Shown in pieces: positions 51,813-64,000 of a DNA stretch of 64,000 nt. How positions within the stretch are numbered: position 1 is the first letter of the stretch; each line of letters opens with the position of its first letter. A program made the translations under genes and the position numbers. The notes under the pieces were generated by a model. It made no database searches. It was not told the DNA's origin and saw only the letters and a program-made list of their open reading frames with translations. The stretch is from positions 16,802,001 to 16,866,000 of the forward strand of contig JBHGNT010000008.1 in the NCBI GenBank assembly GCA_043228905.1, written 5' to 3'. This stretch comes from Azolla caroliniana (Eukaryota; Plantae; Polypodiophyta).

Positions 51813-52686
51813 TAGCAATTGACAATAGGTTCGGTTCAATTTGGAGGTCTCAAACTCAAATTGTTTCAAAACAAACCATATTGAAACTTAAACTGAACTA
51901 AAGCACAAAACTTGTTAGACCAAAATCATTCAAACTAAAACCAGTCGAACCAATTTGTTTGAGTGATTTCCAAGTTTAAGCCAAAGGTTCAAGAAATTTA
52001 CAAACCATTAAGTCATTAATTCATGATTTTTTGGTTCGGTTTGGTGTAAACCAAATTGTCGATGACAATTCACTTGAAATTTCAAAGCTATATTATTATT
52101 AACAAACACTTAAATCATATTTTTAACAAACCACTAATTAAAATCAAATAGATACTTTATATTAATAAAATATTCAATTTGTCAAATGATTTAAAGTTTA
52201 AACCACTAACTAAATATGGAGCATAACAAACAATAAATTCACCTAAACTTGAAGATTTTGAAAAATAATAATATCACGTGATAAACATGAAAGGCAAGAG
52301 ATGAGACTAAATTCAAACCCTAAACACTATATCTTAAACCTTAGGCCCTAAATGAAAATAATGAAAATATTGAACCTAAATTTTATAACTTATTGTATCA
52401 ATAAGCTATAGCTATTAAGTTCTTAATTAAAACTCTATAAGTCATATTTAATAAATATTACAAAAAGTTCATAACCCTAAACCTTTAAGCTGTTTAAGCC
52501 ATTCAAATTGCAAACAATTTTGTTGATAAAAGATCAACCAAATCAAGTTGAACACATGAACCCCTAAGCCAAACAAAACTGTTTACAAATGCTCAAACCC
52601 AATCAAACCGAACTGAACCATTAAAACTGTTAAATTGTGTTCTATGTCGTTCAGTTCAGCTCAAACTAAGTCTTTGTTGATTGGTA
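51813..52686. mobile_element. Old hAT-type MITE
   Basis: TAGCAATTGACAA...TTGTTGATTGGTA, degenerate TSD CTCCTTTC/CTTGTTTC, and AACCG-type repeats. Confidence 0.7.
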
Positions 52687-55600
52687 CTTGTTTCCAAAAA
52701 TTCTTGTCACCATAAATTTGGGCATCATTGTATCCACCTAATGCTGGCCTATGGACAAGGTTGTTGAGGACAAGGGTATACCTTACAAATGCTCCATGTG
52801 ATAATATGAACTCTCATAAACCACTTTAAAAACTAGGCTTTAAGACGAAGACCTATATATGGTCATTCGCTTTATTATTGTAGTTTAATGCACGATCTAT
52901 GACATTCCATTTATCACTAGGTATTATAGCATTTAGTGTACCAACAATGACATCATGATTATGTAACATGTTATTATAGAATTCAATTAGCTTACAACAT
53001 CGTCTTCTGCATTCCATCTTGTGTGTATGATTTCATTCTCATTACAATATAGGTTGAATTTTAAAGTGAGATGAATGAGTGCTATTTTTATTTATATACA
53101 TGATACATTTATTGCATTACAACAATAAACATTGGTTTCAATGTTTTCTTAGTTTCATCGATTAAATTGAACTAATTAGACATGTTAAGCAAAAATTCAC
53201 CACGATATCTTAGAACAATTTGGTTCCTAATTTGCTATATATTTTCTATATTTTTGTCACACATCTTGGTTTTGGCAAAATTGCACATGATTAAGTCTAC
53301 AATATGATGGGTTAATTGAAATTGTTGGTTTTAGATCACCCTTAAAGTACTATGCACCGCATATGTAAACTCACATTCAAATCATTGACCTTTATCTCAT
53401 GCTCATGCTCTAGAATAACTCTTGCTTATTGCTTTATTAGGTTATTAGCTATAGTTGCGCTCACAATAGTAGTGTTCACACCGCCACGATCTCCAATAAG
53501 ACTCTAGGAACCTAGGGTAGTTGATAATGTTGTTACAAATTGGACACTAAGTTGCAATATCTTTCTTTGTTGACAATCTAAAGCCTACACATTTTACTCC
53601 ATCCTAAGGGATGCTTGGATTGTAATTAATAATTTTGAGCATAGAGAGTTGGGTAATTTCTAGAAGCTTAGACACATTAAGTCACTTATGGGCATTTTCG
53701 CCTTGCAAAACTAAAAACTTACAAATATTCTAAGTATCTTCAAGGTAAGTTATTGTTTTTGACCCAACAACATAATGTATTGGACACACATTAGAACAAG
53801 TGTGAACATCTATAGTGTAGAATGAGTGTAGTGTCCCATTCAACATAAACTTTAAATTTCTTATTCAGCCTTTAAACCTAATTCCGTAAAACATATCCCC
53901 TAACAAATTTTCCAATGTATCAAATGATTCATATTGATTATAAACGATAGTTTATGTGCCCATGGTAAATCCAAAGAGAATAATTAAATCTCAATATTGA
54001 TGTTAAAAGGAAGTAATTTGTTGTTAAATATCATCAAAATGAAGCCAAGAAGATAACGCATGTGGTAAAGCACAACGTGAAAGCATGGCCTTTGTGCATA
54101 ACATGTGAGCCTAAAAAACATCTTGACGAATGATTTGTTATAGCTTTACAAGGTTACCTAGAAATATTTAAAATGTAGAAACATGATGTTGTAATCAAGG
54201 TTATGACTTGACAACATTAAGGTCAGGGGTTTAGATATTGAGCAATGGGTTAAGAGTTGCGGTCTTCATAAAGACTCTTCATCTTTTAGTTCTAAAATCA
54301 TGGACAATAGCAATTTAAGCTTTAGAAAAATTCATTTCCACAATCTAGGGATTGAAAGAATAGTACAATGAGATGAATGAACCCAAAACTTGTGGATTTT
54401 GGGCGGTCGGACTATCATGCATAATAAAGTTTTCATTTCCTATTTCATACCGTTGAGTACTATTCCCTTCACAAAAAATTCTCAACATGAGTTGATTGTT
54501 AATGGAGTTTATATGAAGAATAGATAGCCGATTCTATGAAATGTTTCCGCAATATTGTTTTGATGGAGTATCTATTTAATATTCTTATTACTTTGGAATG
54601 CTTGCCATAGCAAACCATTAAATAATTGTGTGCATATAACTTACTTTCTCTTATTGGAGGGGGGTGGAGACGGTCATGGATCCATCTCTTGGCAACATGA
54701 CGATTGAAATGCAACTCCATTGGTCAAGGATTGATTACTTTGGGTTCATCATGCTACTATAGTAGGGATTCTCTAATAGCCTTAATGGACATATTCCCAT
54801 GAACTCACACATGCCGTTCGTTCATATATAGTCCTCATGCTCTTTCATATCTCTTAGGCCTTATTTTCATGTTCCTTCATTATTAGGGACACAATCCCGA
54901 GTAGTATTAAAATAGACTCATTCATGACTAGTTGGTTCAAATAAATTATTCTACACTTTTATGACTTTGTGTTAGGTAAATGCTTCCAAACCCTTTTAAA
55001 TGAATTGATTTCCTCAACAAGATTCAACGTGGTGAGTTTTTTGCTTTATAATCTATGTGATATATAAAACTTGGAGCTTCAAGAAAGGTAAAAGAATCAA
55101 AGTGTTTGGTCACATATTTGGTATGAAAGTACAATGCCATAGTTGTCTTTAAAAAAAATGGATTATTGTGCATAGATGGACGAGATCATCTTTTTACTAA
55201 TCTAAGAGTGAATAGATAAATAATGGTGGTGCTAATGAGAAAAACTTATTCTTTGTAACTAAGGTATGTCAGTTCAAGCCTTGGGCAATGGGTTTGATAG
55301 TATTGAAACTCTTATTATTTGAAGCTTTGTAGGTCATGCATGGCCTATCCTAATAAAATGATTGTTCGAGCATTGCCATGAACACATTTTCCAAAATAAA
55401 AAAAATGAAAACAATACCATTGCTGGCCAAGTAGCAAAGCTATGAAGAGAGAGAGAGAGAGAGAGGTGTAACAACCCATGCCAATTCGGTAAATTATGCA
55501 AAACACACACAAATTATTTAAGGAGACAAGATTGCTTGCATGATATTTAATTTGATCGATGGTTTGAGTTCATAGCTAGGCATACAAACCAACTTTATAA

Positions 55601-56091
55601 TGAATAAGGCATTCTTTAATGATGATATACACATAAAGATAATTGTCAATCGTGACATCTCAACTGATACGAAGATAAATAGTCATAAAGTATGGGGTGT
55701 GGTAGTCAATAGTGAGGAAACACTGGTGAAATGGGACATTGGGAATCTCAGTAGTCAATAGTGAGGAAACACTAGTGAAAAAGGAACTTTGGGAATCTCC
55801 CCTTTTATTGTTAAAGAACTTTTTAAAGAGGCCCCCCCTTAAAATGATAAAGGGTCTTAAAGAAATAAAGAACAACAACCAAAATGAAAGTTTATTGAGC
55901 CTAAAGAGTCTAAAAAAAGGAACAAAAATAAAACAAACAAAACAAAAGTTGATGGAGCCTAAAAAGGATAAAGGGAGGGGAGGGTAACTCTCTTAAAAGA
56001 AATTGATTGGTCTCAATAATAATAAGGATACGATCCTAAGGAAATGTAAGCACCTAGTAGAGGGAGAGGAGTGAGCAACACAAGGGCAAAG

Positions 56092-56463
56092 ATGGGAAGA
56101 AGAAGTTCAAGATGTGGCTATGGAAGCTACTCAAGGCCATGGAAGCTTGGTCAAGAGGTAATGCTTGTATGGTTTGTCGCGAGCTTCATTCTCTCCATGG
56201 CCATCATGTTAGTGGAAGGAGGTGGGGGAAGTGCTGGAGGAGGTAACGGATGGAGTGGAGGTGGCACTGGTGGTGGTGAATATGGATATGTAGGTGGTGG
56301 TACTGGTGGCAATAATGTTAGTGGTGGTAATATCAACGTTAAAGGCAATGCTAGTCATGGTGGTGTGGGTGGTGTTGGTCTAGGCCTCCTCATCACCATT
56401 GTTGTCCTTGTTGTCTTTGTCTTACTATGCGTTTGTTGCATATTCCTTCGAAAGACTAAATAA
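56092..56463 (+). CDS. Small glycine-rich putative membrane protein (123 aa)
   Basis: N-terminal hydrophobic segment, Gly-rich middle, C-terminal TM helix, then CVCC and a basic tail. Single exon; family not recognised. Confidence 0.65.
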   Translation: MGRRSSRCGYGSYSRPWKLGQEVMLVWFVASFILSMAIMLVEGGGGSAGGGNGWSGGGTGGGEYGYVGGGTGGNNVSGGNINVKGNASHGGVGGVGLGLLITIVVLVVFVLLCVCCIFLRKTK

Positions 56464-58175
56464 CTAGATCTATTGCCTCCATTCTTACTAAGACTAGTAT
56501 TTATTCAATTTGTTATTGCTTATGAATCATAATTTGCAGTGTGAAGGTAAGGTTACCAAACTGGATGGGCTGGTAGTGTAGAATGCTATATTGAAGAATG
56601 AGCTATGGTTCTATGAGATGAGATGTGGTTGGGCAAAATGCGGCAACTATAGGCATAAGGTTCAACATGAAAATCTAAGGGTGTTCATAAGCTCATCATT
56701 ATTTATTATATATTTTCTCAATATTAGGCATTCATAATCTATTTATGTCCATTGCTTTATAACTCTTGTACAATGGTATATGACATATCAATGTCGCCCC
56801 ATAAATTAACTCTCTATATTCCCCTATTTTATCTCATAGAATGCATGACTTTTATAAATAAGAAGGAGAATGAATGCGAGAAAAGAATGTAATCCAGAAT
56901 CTTCATCATTCACAAATTCAAGTGTTATTACATTGGCCTTGGTTTTCCATGGATTCACATGAAATAAGTTGCCCCCAAGAACCTTTTAATGTGCATTCCT
57001 CTGGACAACCTAATTCCACTTTAGCTTTATCACTTGCATTGGTGGAAGTTGCAATGTAATTTAACATGCTATTTGGCTATAACATTGCAATATGCTTTTC
57101 TACAATGTTGTAATAAAATCTTGCAATATATATGTTTTCTACTCAAATGTGCATTTAGAGAAGAACTTTGTTATTTTAAATGTAAATGGAAGCTTATCAA
57201 TTAAGAGTGAGCAAACATTATTGTCTCTTATAAATTGTGAATTGAATGTTTCATTCATTTGATTGTCAATCTTTTTTTTTTCCTGAGAAAAAAACCTGCT
57301 TCTCATTAGTTAGGTGAATCACATATATAGATAAGGCTATGTACACTCTAAGTATATATAAGTATCTATAGATACTCTATTATTTACAAGTGGCTTTCAT
57401 ATATATCTGGCTATCGTTATGTGATGCCTTAGGTAAAAAGGGGGGGTAATCGATCTCCACATATCAACAAATGGTTGCATGAAAAAACTTGTTATTTTTC
57501 AACAAGCATCAAAACACAACTATCAAGCTTTTGAATGCATCTAGACATTGATATAATCAAAAGCAAGTGATTTGCTAGCTAGGGGGTAGAGCCAGTGAGG
57601 TGGTTGGTAGCACCATTTTGGATCTCCTAATGTGAAGTCCACCAATGGTGTGGTTTCATAGAGTGAGATACATTGTGCTCGTGCCAACTCTAGGACTTTG
57701 AATGTCAAGTTTTTGAATTGTGCATGCAAGGATACCACTAGATCAGTCTATATAGCTATGATGACATCTACAATTGTGTGTGTTTCCCCTAAGTACCATT
57801 GAGACATCTGTATTTCCAAATGTTCCACCTAATTGATGCCACAATTGACCATGCTTCTTGTAGATTTCATGATCCCCACATTTGTGTACATCCAATTGTT
57901 GTCTATTTCTAGTGGGTTTTGTGCACTATGAGGGTTAGGGAGGAGTCCTACACTCCACAAATCCATGAATTCTTTTGCGGAAACCACCATATAGCATAAC
58001 CAAATGCAATAGAGCCTTTCATGCCGCAAGCCTCCAGAATGCGAATAGTTCTTTACCAAATCATATTTGCGTACGTGCAGGACCACACACAATGTTCAAT
58101 CGATTCTGAATTGTAGTTGCAACTCCGACATGCACCATCTTTGCCTCTCCACTTTAGCCCTTTACTATTACAAAA

Positions 58176-58747
58176 TATTGCGGAATGTGAAGCCGGTGAC
58201 AACCGGTCGACACATGCGAATGAGAGACACAGAAATCAAGACAACAGAAAAATAGAAAGTATAGAGACACAAGATCTTTTAACGTAGAAAACCCTGAAAG
58301 GGAAAAACCACGGGAGTCCACAAAATCCAAGAACAAATCAATATGTAGGAGGAATACAACAAGAAACTCCAAGGCAATGACCTTGAGCTCTTCTTTTTCC
58401 ATAGAAAGAGTTACAACTCTCGCTCTCTCTCTCTCTCACTAGTTACACTCTGATACACTAGTTACTCTCTATAACTTCTCCTATCATCATTATAAGTGAA
58501 TTGCCCTAGGTGTATTTATACTAATACACACTATGGGCTATTTACAAGTATGGCTTATCCTTGGCGCACCAAAACATATTTACATATGTAGCCTCTTCTG
58601 GATCCGATCGGATGCCTTCCGGCCAATTCGGCTCTTGTTCTTTGGACTCCTTTCCAACTCTCTCTCCTTCAAACCCTTTCGATCCGGCTTGTGCTCTTCC
58701 CCATCCAAGGCTTGTTCTCCCCATCCGAAGGGACTTGTTTCCTAACA
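58176..58747 (-). mobile_element. Probable solo LTR (copia-like)
   Basis: ACACAAGAT..AACGTAGAAAACCCT..GGGAAAAACCACGGG motif, reverse TATA (TATTTATA) and CCTAACA end. No matching TSD. Confidence 0.5.
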
Positions 58748-58862
58748 TTAACCAACCGGGATGGCTTTATGGCTAATAAGCCAAAGAACGGATTTGCATT
58801 TATCAGGCAAGTCAGCTGCCCACAACTTCCTCCAATAAGCCTGCATGCAAGTTTCAATCTTA

Positions 58863-59876
58863 TGTGAGAACATTGAATGCAAGAACAAGAAAATGAAATA
58901 TATTTGTGAAAGTGTTTTTAGAATCAAAGCTATTGAACACTAGGAGAATATAAGTTATGGGGTATTCACTTTTGGAGGGCAAGAACATGAACCAAGATCT
59001 TAAGGAGAAGTTAAACTAAAAGCAGGAGACATGAAGAAAAGTAAAAGGAGAAAAATCGGGCCACCTAAAAACAGTCTGAAAATAACAGTTATAACTCTTT
59101 CTTTTGAACCCCAAATATCATGTACAAATATGGGTTTGAAAGCTCGTGAAGAGAGCTATCTTTAGAATTTTACATCTCTAAATTTGGAGCTTTAGTGAGG
59201 GAGATATGTCAATGAGAAGGTCGATGTGTCATAGCTAAAAATAAGAGATAAAAAACTTCTAAAAAAAGCGTGAAAAAGAGAGGAAGGAGGGAGAATAAGA
59301 AGATTATAAGAAGTGAGAAGAGGCATGATAGAAGAAGGGGGGAGAGAAAGTTGGAAGAGGTGAGAACAAGAATAGTAGAAGAAAGAAAGAGATGATGGAA
59401 AAATAATGAATGAAAGATGTGAGTTTGGGTGATAGGAAATCAAGTAGTTCTTTGGTTTTGTGGTTGTATTTGGAGTTTATCCCGTTTGTATTGTCTCCAT
59501 AATAGAATATAGTTGTCATAATATAGTATGATATAGCATGGTATGGCTTCAAAAGGATTTGAACCCATGAGCTTGTGGCACATGGGCAAAAGCCTTACCA
59601 TTAAGCTATAAGTTGTAATACAAAAATATTATTTCCATTTATTATTTTACTTGAGAAATCCATGTATATTCTAGATTTCTCTGGAACATTCTAGAAATGT
59701 CAAGAGTATTCCTAAAGCCATTATAAAAAGAGGCACATGGCATTAACAAGAACCAAATCAGTTCAACGTCAATCGTAAGCCTCCTAGTTGTTCTTGTATC
59801 TTTCTTCTTATAATATAATATACTTCTTGTTGTCATCATTATCTCTCTCTCTCTCTCCTCTCACATGGTTCTCACA
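58863..59876 (+). repeat. 5' LTR (~1.0 kb)
   Basis: 9-bp terminal inverted repeat and TATAAAA at ~59722. Confidence 0.75.
59544..59614 (-). pseudogene. tRNA-like module inside the LTR
   Basis: Minus strand TAGCTTAATGGTAAG...CATGGGTTCAAATCC, with A and B boxes at tRNA spacing. Confidence 0.6.
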
Positions 59877-60017
59877 CACTCTTTCCCTTCTTAGTACTAA
59901 TCCTCATTCTTCTCCTTGCCTCTAGTACTATCCCTGACAATTTGAACTGATTTTCCTCTTCAGGTTCATGTCCCTCCCCTTCATACTAATCTTCTTATCC
60001 TTCCTTCCTCCAATACT

Positions 60018-61182
60018 ATGGCAATTGTTAGCGCTCAAGAATACCAATATGTTTTCTCAGAGCTGCAGTGCTTGAAAGAAAGGTTTGTTGCATTGGAACA
60101 AGAAAATCAATGGTTGTTGGGGGATCTTCAACAAATCTGTTTACAAAAGTAGCAAGCGCAACAACAACATGGGGAGTTGCAACAACAACATGGGGAGTCA
60201 GTGTTACGCGTGCAACAACTTGAAGCAACCATTGTAGCATTGCAACAACAAGGATCAAGTAATCAAGGGATTAATAAAGAGCCCAAGATCGGCCTTCCTA
60301 TGAAATTCGATGGAACGCGATCACAGTTCAGAGGATTCCTTAATCAGGTATGATTAGTCATTCAAATGCATTCTTCCCGATATCCCACTGATGCATCACG
60401 AGTGGGTCTAGTAAGCATGTTACTGAGCGTCTCAGCTTTGGCATGGTTCGCTCTGTTGTTGGAAAAAAGTTCTCCCTTATTAGATAATTTTGAAGAGTTT
60501 ATAAGCGAGTTTAAAGCCTGTTTTGGAGATACTGATAGCATAAGGATGGCAACCAACAAAATTTGATGATTATATCACGGTGATCGTCTAACCTCCGCTT
60601 ACGCTGCAAATTTCTGTCTACTCGCTTCCGATATCCCCTAGGAAGACCAAGCATTGATGGAGCAATTTCGATACGGCCTACGAAATGATGTCAAAGACTT
60701 ACTCCTGACTTTCTCCGAAGAACCAAAATCACTCATAGAGGCAATTAGTCGAGCGGTAAGATGCGATAACCGGCTTTTCTAACAACGTTCGAAACGCCAG
60801 TTACAAATGCCAAGGACCAAGTCGGAGCCCACATACGCCCCGGTTGTAGCAAAAACCATTTGCAAGGGAGTCATATCATGCATCTCCGGCAAATACTCCA
60901 ACACCGATGGAAATTGACACCACACGTCGTCATGGACCATTGTCGGAAGAAGAAAAGCAATGATGTCGAGTAAATCGATTATGTCTTTACTATGGAGGAC
61001 CAGGGCATATCACAATACACTGTCCATATAGGCCAAGAAGACAAGTAAATCAAATAGTTGCATGTACTAAACCCGAGTCTATTTCGGTAGGAGTGTCTAA
61101 TAGTCCTAATAGTACTAATAGCCCAAGTCTATCAAACAAATTTGATGTCCTTAGTCAGTTAGAAGAAGAGTTAAACGACTAA
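60018..61182 (+). pseudogene. gag (PEG10/Tcn1-like) with decayed zinc knuckle
   Basis: MAIVSAQEY..., PTPMEIDTT and LCLYYGGPGHITIHCP, ending GAG TTA AAC GAC TAA. Confidence 0.85.
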
Positions 61183-61222
61183 GTCTAGCCAAAATAGGAG
61201 CCGTTTGGTTGGACAACCCTAG
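61170..61222 (+). promoter_or_regulatory. Putative -1 ribosomal frameshift signal at the gag-pol junction
   Basis: G TTA AAC, a 6-nt spacer, then an 11-bp stem GTCTAGCCAAA/TTTGGTTGGAC. pol is in the -1 frame. Confidence 0.65.
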
Positions 61223-64000
61223 ATCTGTGCAACCCATTAGTGGTTCCATTCCCTCTAAGCAAGTTAGCAATGTGTTCTTAGCTCAAGTAATAGTTAATAC
61301 TAAAAGTAACCCTCCGGTACTTGTCTTAGCACTCCTAGATTCCGGAGCTAATTCTTGCTTCATGGATAGGAATTTTGCCCAAGCTCATCAGATATCCCTA
61401 AGAAAACTCCCTTGTCCAGCCTCAAGAGTAGTTATTGATGGTCATCCCATTGCTTCCGGAAATATCATAGAAGAGTCAGAGCCAGTTAATATTGTTCGAG
61501 ATAATTTAGCGTGTGTAGTATCATTTAATATAATTAGTAGTCCATAACATCCCATTGTTTTGGGATTACCATGGTTCGAATTACATAACCCAGACATAGA
61601 TTGGAGAACAAGAGAAATCCGGTATCGACAAACCCGAGGATTTACTCATAGGATTGCAACCATTTCGCTACATCAATTGCGTGAGGAAGGACACAATGTT
61701 CGTCTTCGCGGTATCAGTAAAACCTTCCAACACTACTAAAGAGGAATCCAAAGTTCAACTTCTTGAGAAGTATCGTCATTATGCCGATGTGTTCGATAAG
61801 GTACAAGCCAATATGCTTCCTCACAACTGATCGTATGATTGTCCCATCGATTTACAACCCGGAAAAGAGCCACCATGGGGACCGATCTACAACTTGTCAC
61901 CAATCGAGCTAGAAGTCCTTCGAGCCTATATAGAGGAGAATTTGGCAAACGGTTTCATTTGACATTCGAAATCTCCAGTTGGCGCACCCATTTTCTTTGT
62001 CAAGAAAAAGGATGGATCACTTCCTCTTGTTATAGATTACCGTGGCTTGAATAAGGTCACCATCAGGAATACGTATGCACTCCCCCTTATCTCAAGTCTT
62101 TTAGAACGGATCAATGGTGCAAGGTTCTTCACAAAGATAAACTTACAAGGAGCATATAACCTCATACGGATCCGACTAGGAGATGAATGGAAGACCGCAT
62201 TTCACACTAGATATGGGCACTTTGAGTATACGGTCATGCCATTCGGTCTCACTAATGCACTAACAGTCTTCAAACACATGGCAAATGATATATTATGAGA
62301 TCTCGTGGATGTTTGTTTGATCATCTATTTGGATGATCTACTGGTTTATTCGAAGACCCAAGAAGAGCATGATTCTCATGTACTGTTAGTACTAAAACAA
62401 CTTTGAGAACATGGTCTTTATGCAAAACTGGAAAAATGTAGTTTCGAGTGCAACCAAGTGGAATTTCTAGGCTATGTCATCTCCTCGGAAGGCATCTCTA
62501 TGGATCCAGCTAAGGTCAAAACTGTGGTAGAGTGGCAGACTCCACGTTCGTTGCGAGATGTGCAATGCTTTTTAGGCTTTGCCAATTTTTACCGCAAGTT
62601 TATACATGATTATTCAAAGCTTATTCTGGCTCTCACACAACTTACCAAGAAGGGGCAATCATTTGTTTGGTCTAAAGAAGTGGACAAGGCTTTTGAGAGT
62701 CTTACGAAGGCATTAACATCAGCTCCTATCCTAGTCCATGTTGATCCGAAAAAACCGTTCATCATTGAGGTAGACGCGTCGGATTTCGTCTTGGGTAGTA
62801 TTCTATCACAACGAGGCGATGATGAAAAGCTACACCTTGTGGCTTTCCACTTGCACAAGTTTGACACCGCCGAAATCAACTATGAAATTCATGATAAAGA
62901 GCTATTAGAAATAGTGGACTCTTTTACGCAATGGAGGCATTTTCTAGAGGGATCTTCTCATCAAGTCACCATATTCAGTAATCACAAAAATCTTGCCTAC
63001 TTCTAGAATGCTCGTGTATTAAATCGACATCAAGCTCGGTGGGCCCAATTCCTCACTTGTTTCGACTTCAAAATTACATATCGTCTTGGGAAACAACAAG
63101 GGAAGGCAGATGTGTTATCACAACGCTCGTATCTAACACCGCGTCCCGGTGAGCTAGCATTCGATAAAACAAGTAATCCTGGGACCGACATGACTGCAAG
63201 CAACACGTGTTTTCGATATGCCATTGGATTCCCACATTATTGATACCATACGTGAGGACTTGAAGACAGATGCTTTCGTGACAAGCCATTCTAGCACAAA
63301 TTGATCCCTCTCGGGCATCTTGTTCACAGTTGCAACAACCAAATTTGAATGTCATGATGGATTACTATTCTTTAAGAAACTCTTGATGTTCCTAATGGTT
63401 CAGGTTGCCTTTGAGTAATCCAAAACTTTCATGAAACATATACAGTTGGGCATTTCGGTAGTACTAAAACGTTGGATTTAGTACAACGATAATTTTGGTG
63501 GCCTCATATGCGATGATTTGTCGAAGACTATGTTCGGACATGTGATACATGTTGTAGGGCAAAGATGCCAAGACATCATCCATATGGTTTATTGGAACCA
63601 TTGCCAATTCCAGGTAAGACGTGACAATCCATTTCTCCAGATTTCATCACAGATCTTCCAGTTTCAAAGGGATTCGATACGATCTTAATAGTAGTAGATT
63701 GATATACGAAGATGGCACATTTTCTGCCTTGTACTAAGGAAATCACTAGTGAAGAAACCGCCGAAATTGTCATGCGAGAGGTATGTCAGCATCATGGTCT
63801 CCCCGATAGCATCATCACCGACCGTGGACCCCAATTCGTCTCAAAATTCTGGAAGCATCTCTTCAAAATGCTCAAGGTCACTTGTAATCTCTCCTTCGGC
63901 TATCACCCACAAACAGATGGACAAGCAGAACGAACGAATCAAATGCTGGAAAAGTATCTTCGATGTTTTCTAATCTATCAACAAGATGATTGGGTGGATA
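61209..64000 (+). pseudogene. pol (PR-RT-RNase H-integrase), disrupted
   Basis: ORF fragments 61209-61547, 62047-62298, 62458-63006 and integrase motifs running to the window end. Confidence 0.9.

Larger units (their letters stand above)
58863..64000 (+). mobile_element. Degenerate Ty3/gypsy element of Tcn1/sushi-like type, truncated by the window edge
   Basis: LTR 58863-59876 (TGTGAGAAC...GTTCTCACA) with no tRNA PBS. gag EPKIGLPMKFDGTRSQFRGFLNQV..YPTDASRVGLV; PR LLDSGANSCF; RT YLDDLL; RH DASDF, NYEIHDKELL; INT ITDRGPQF, YHPQTDGQAER. Many stops. Confidence 0.92.

Noticed and set aside
57541-58092. Possible decayed alpha/beta-hydrolase-like coding fragments on the minus strand
   Set aside because: Only weak short motifs and no coherent gene structure.

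Overview
Eukaryotic land-plant nuclear DNA, probably from a fern or related seed-free plant (inferred from the PPR type and the transposon clades). Seven genes were reconstructed by hand: cwf18/CCDC12 (-), a PLS-class E+ PPR protein with a DYW:KP-like PG box (+), an IQ67-domain protein (-), a MAM33-family mitochondrial glycoprotein (+), the protein farnesyl/geranylgeranyltransferase alpha subunit (-), a PSPG-box UDP-glycosyltransferase with a probable GC-AG intron (+), and a small Gly-rich membrane protein (+). Transposable elements are abundant. A decayed MULE region (DDE+SWIM transposase plus a Ulp1 protease) has its protease catalytic motif split by a gag-only LTR element with a tRNA-Trp PBS and a 4-bp TSD. 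There is also a full-length chromovirus with TG..TA LTRs, an older inverted copy of it, a Tcn1/sushi-type chromovirus running off the right edge, and at least eight hAT-type MITEs, one nested in another. The most unusual signals are: tRNA-like A/B-box modules inside a MITE, inside an LTR and arrayed in the FTA promoter; tandem amplification just upstream of six of the seven genes; a ~310-bp near-perfect hairpin with no TSD; and a retained -1 frameshift cassette.
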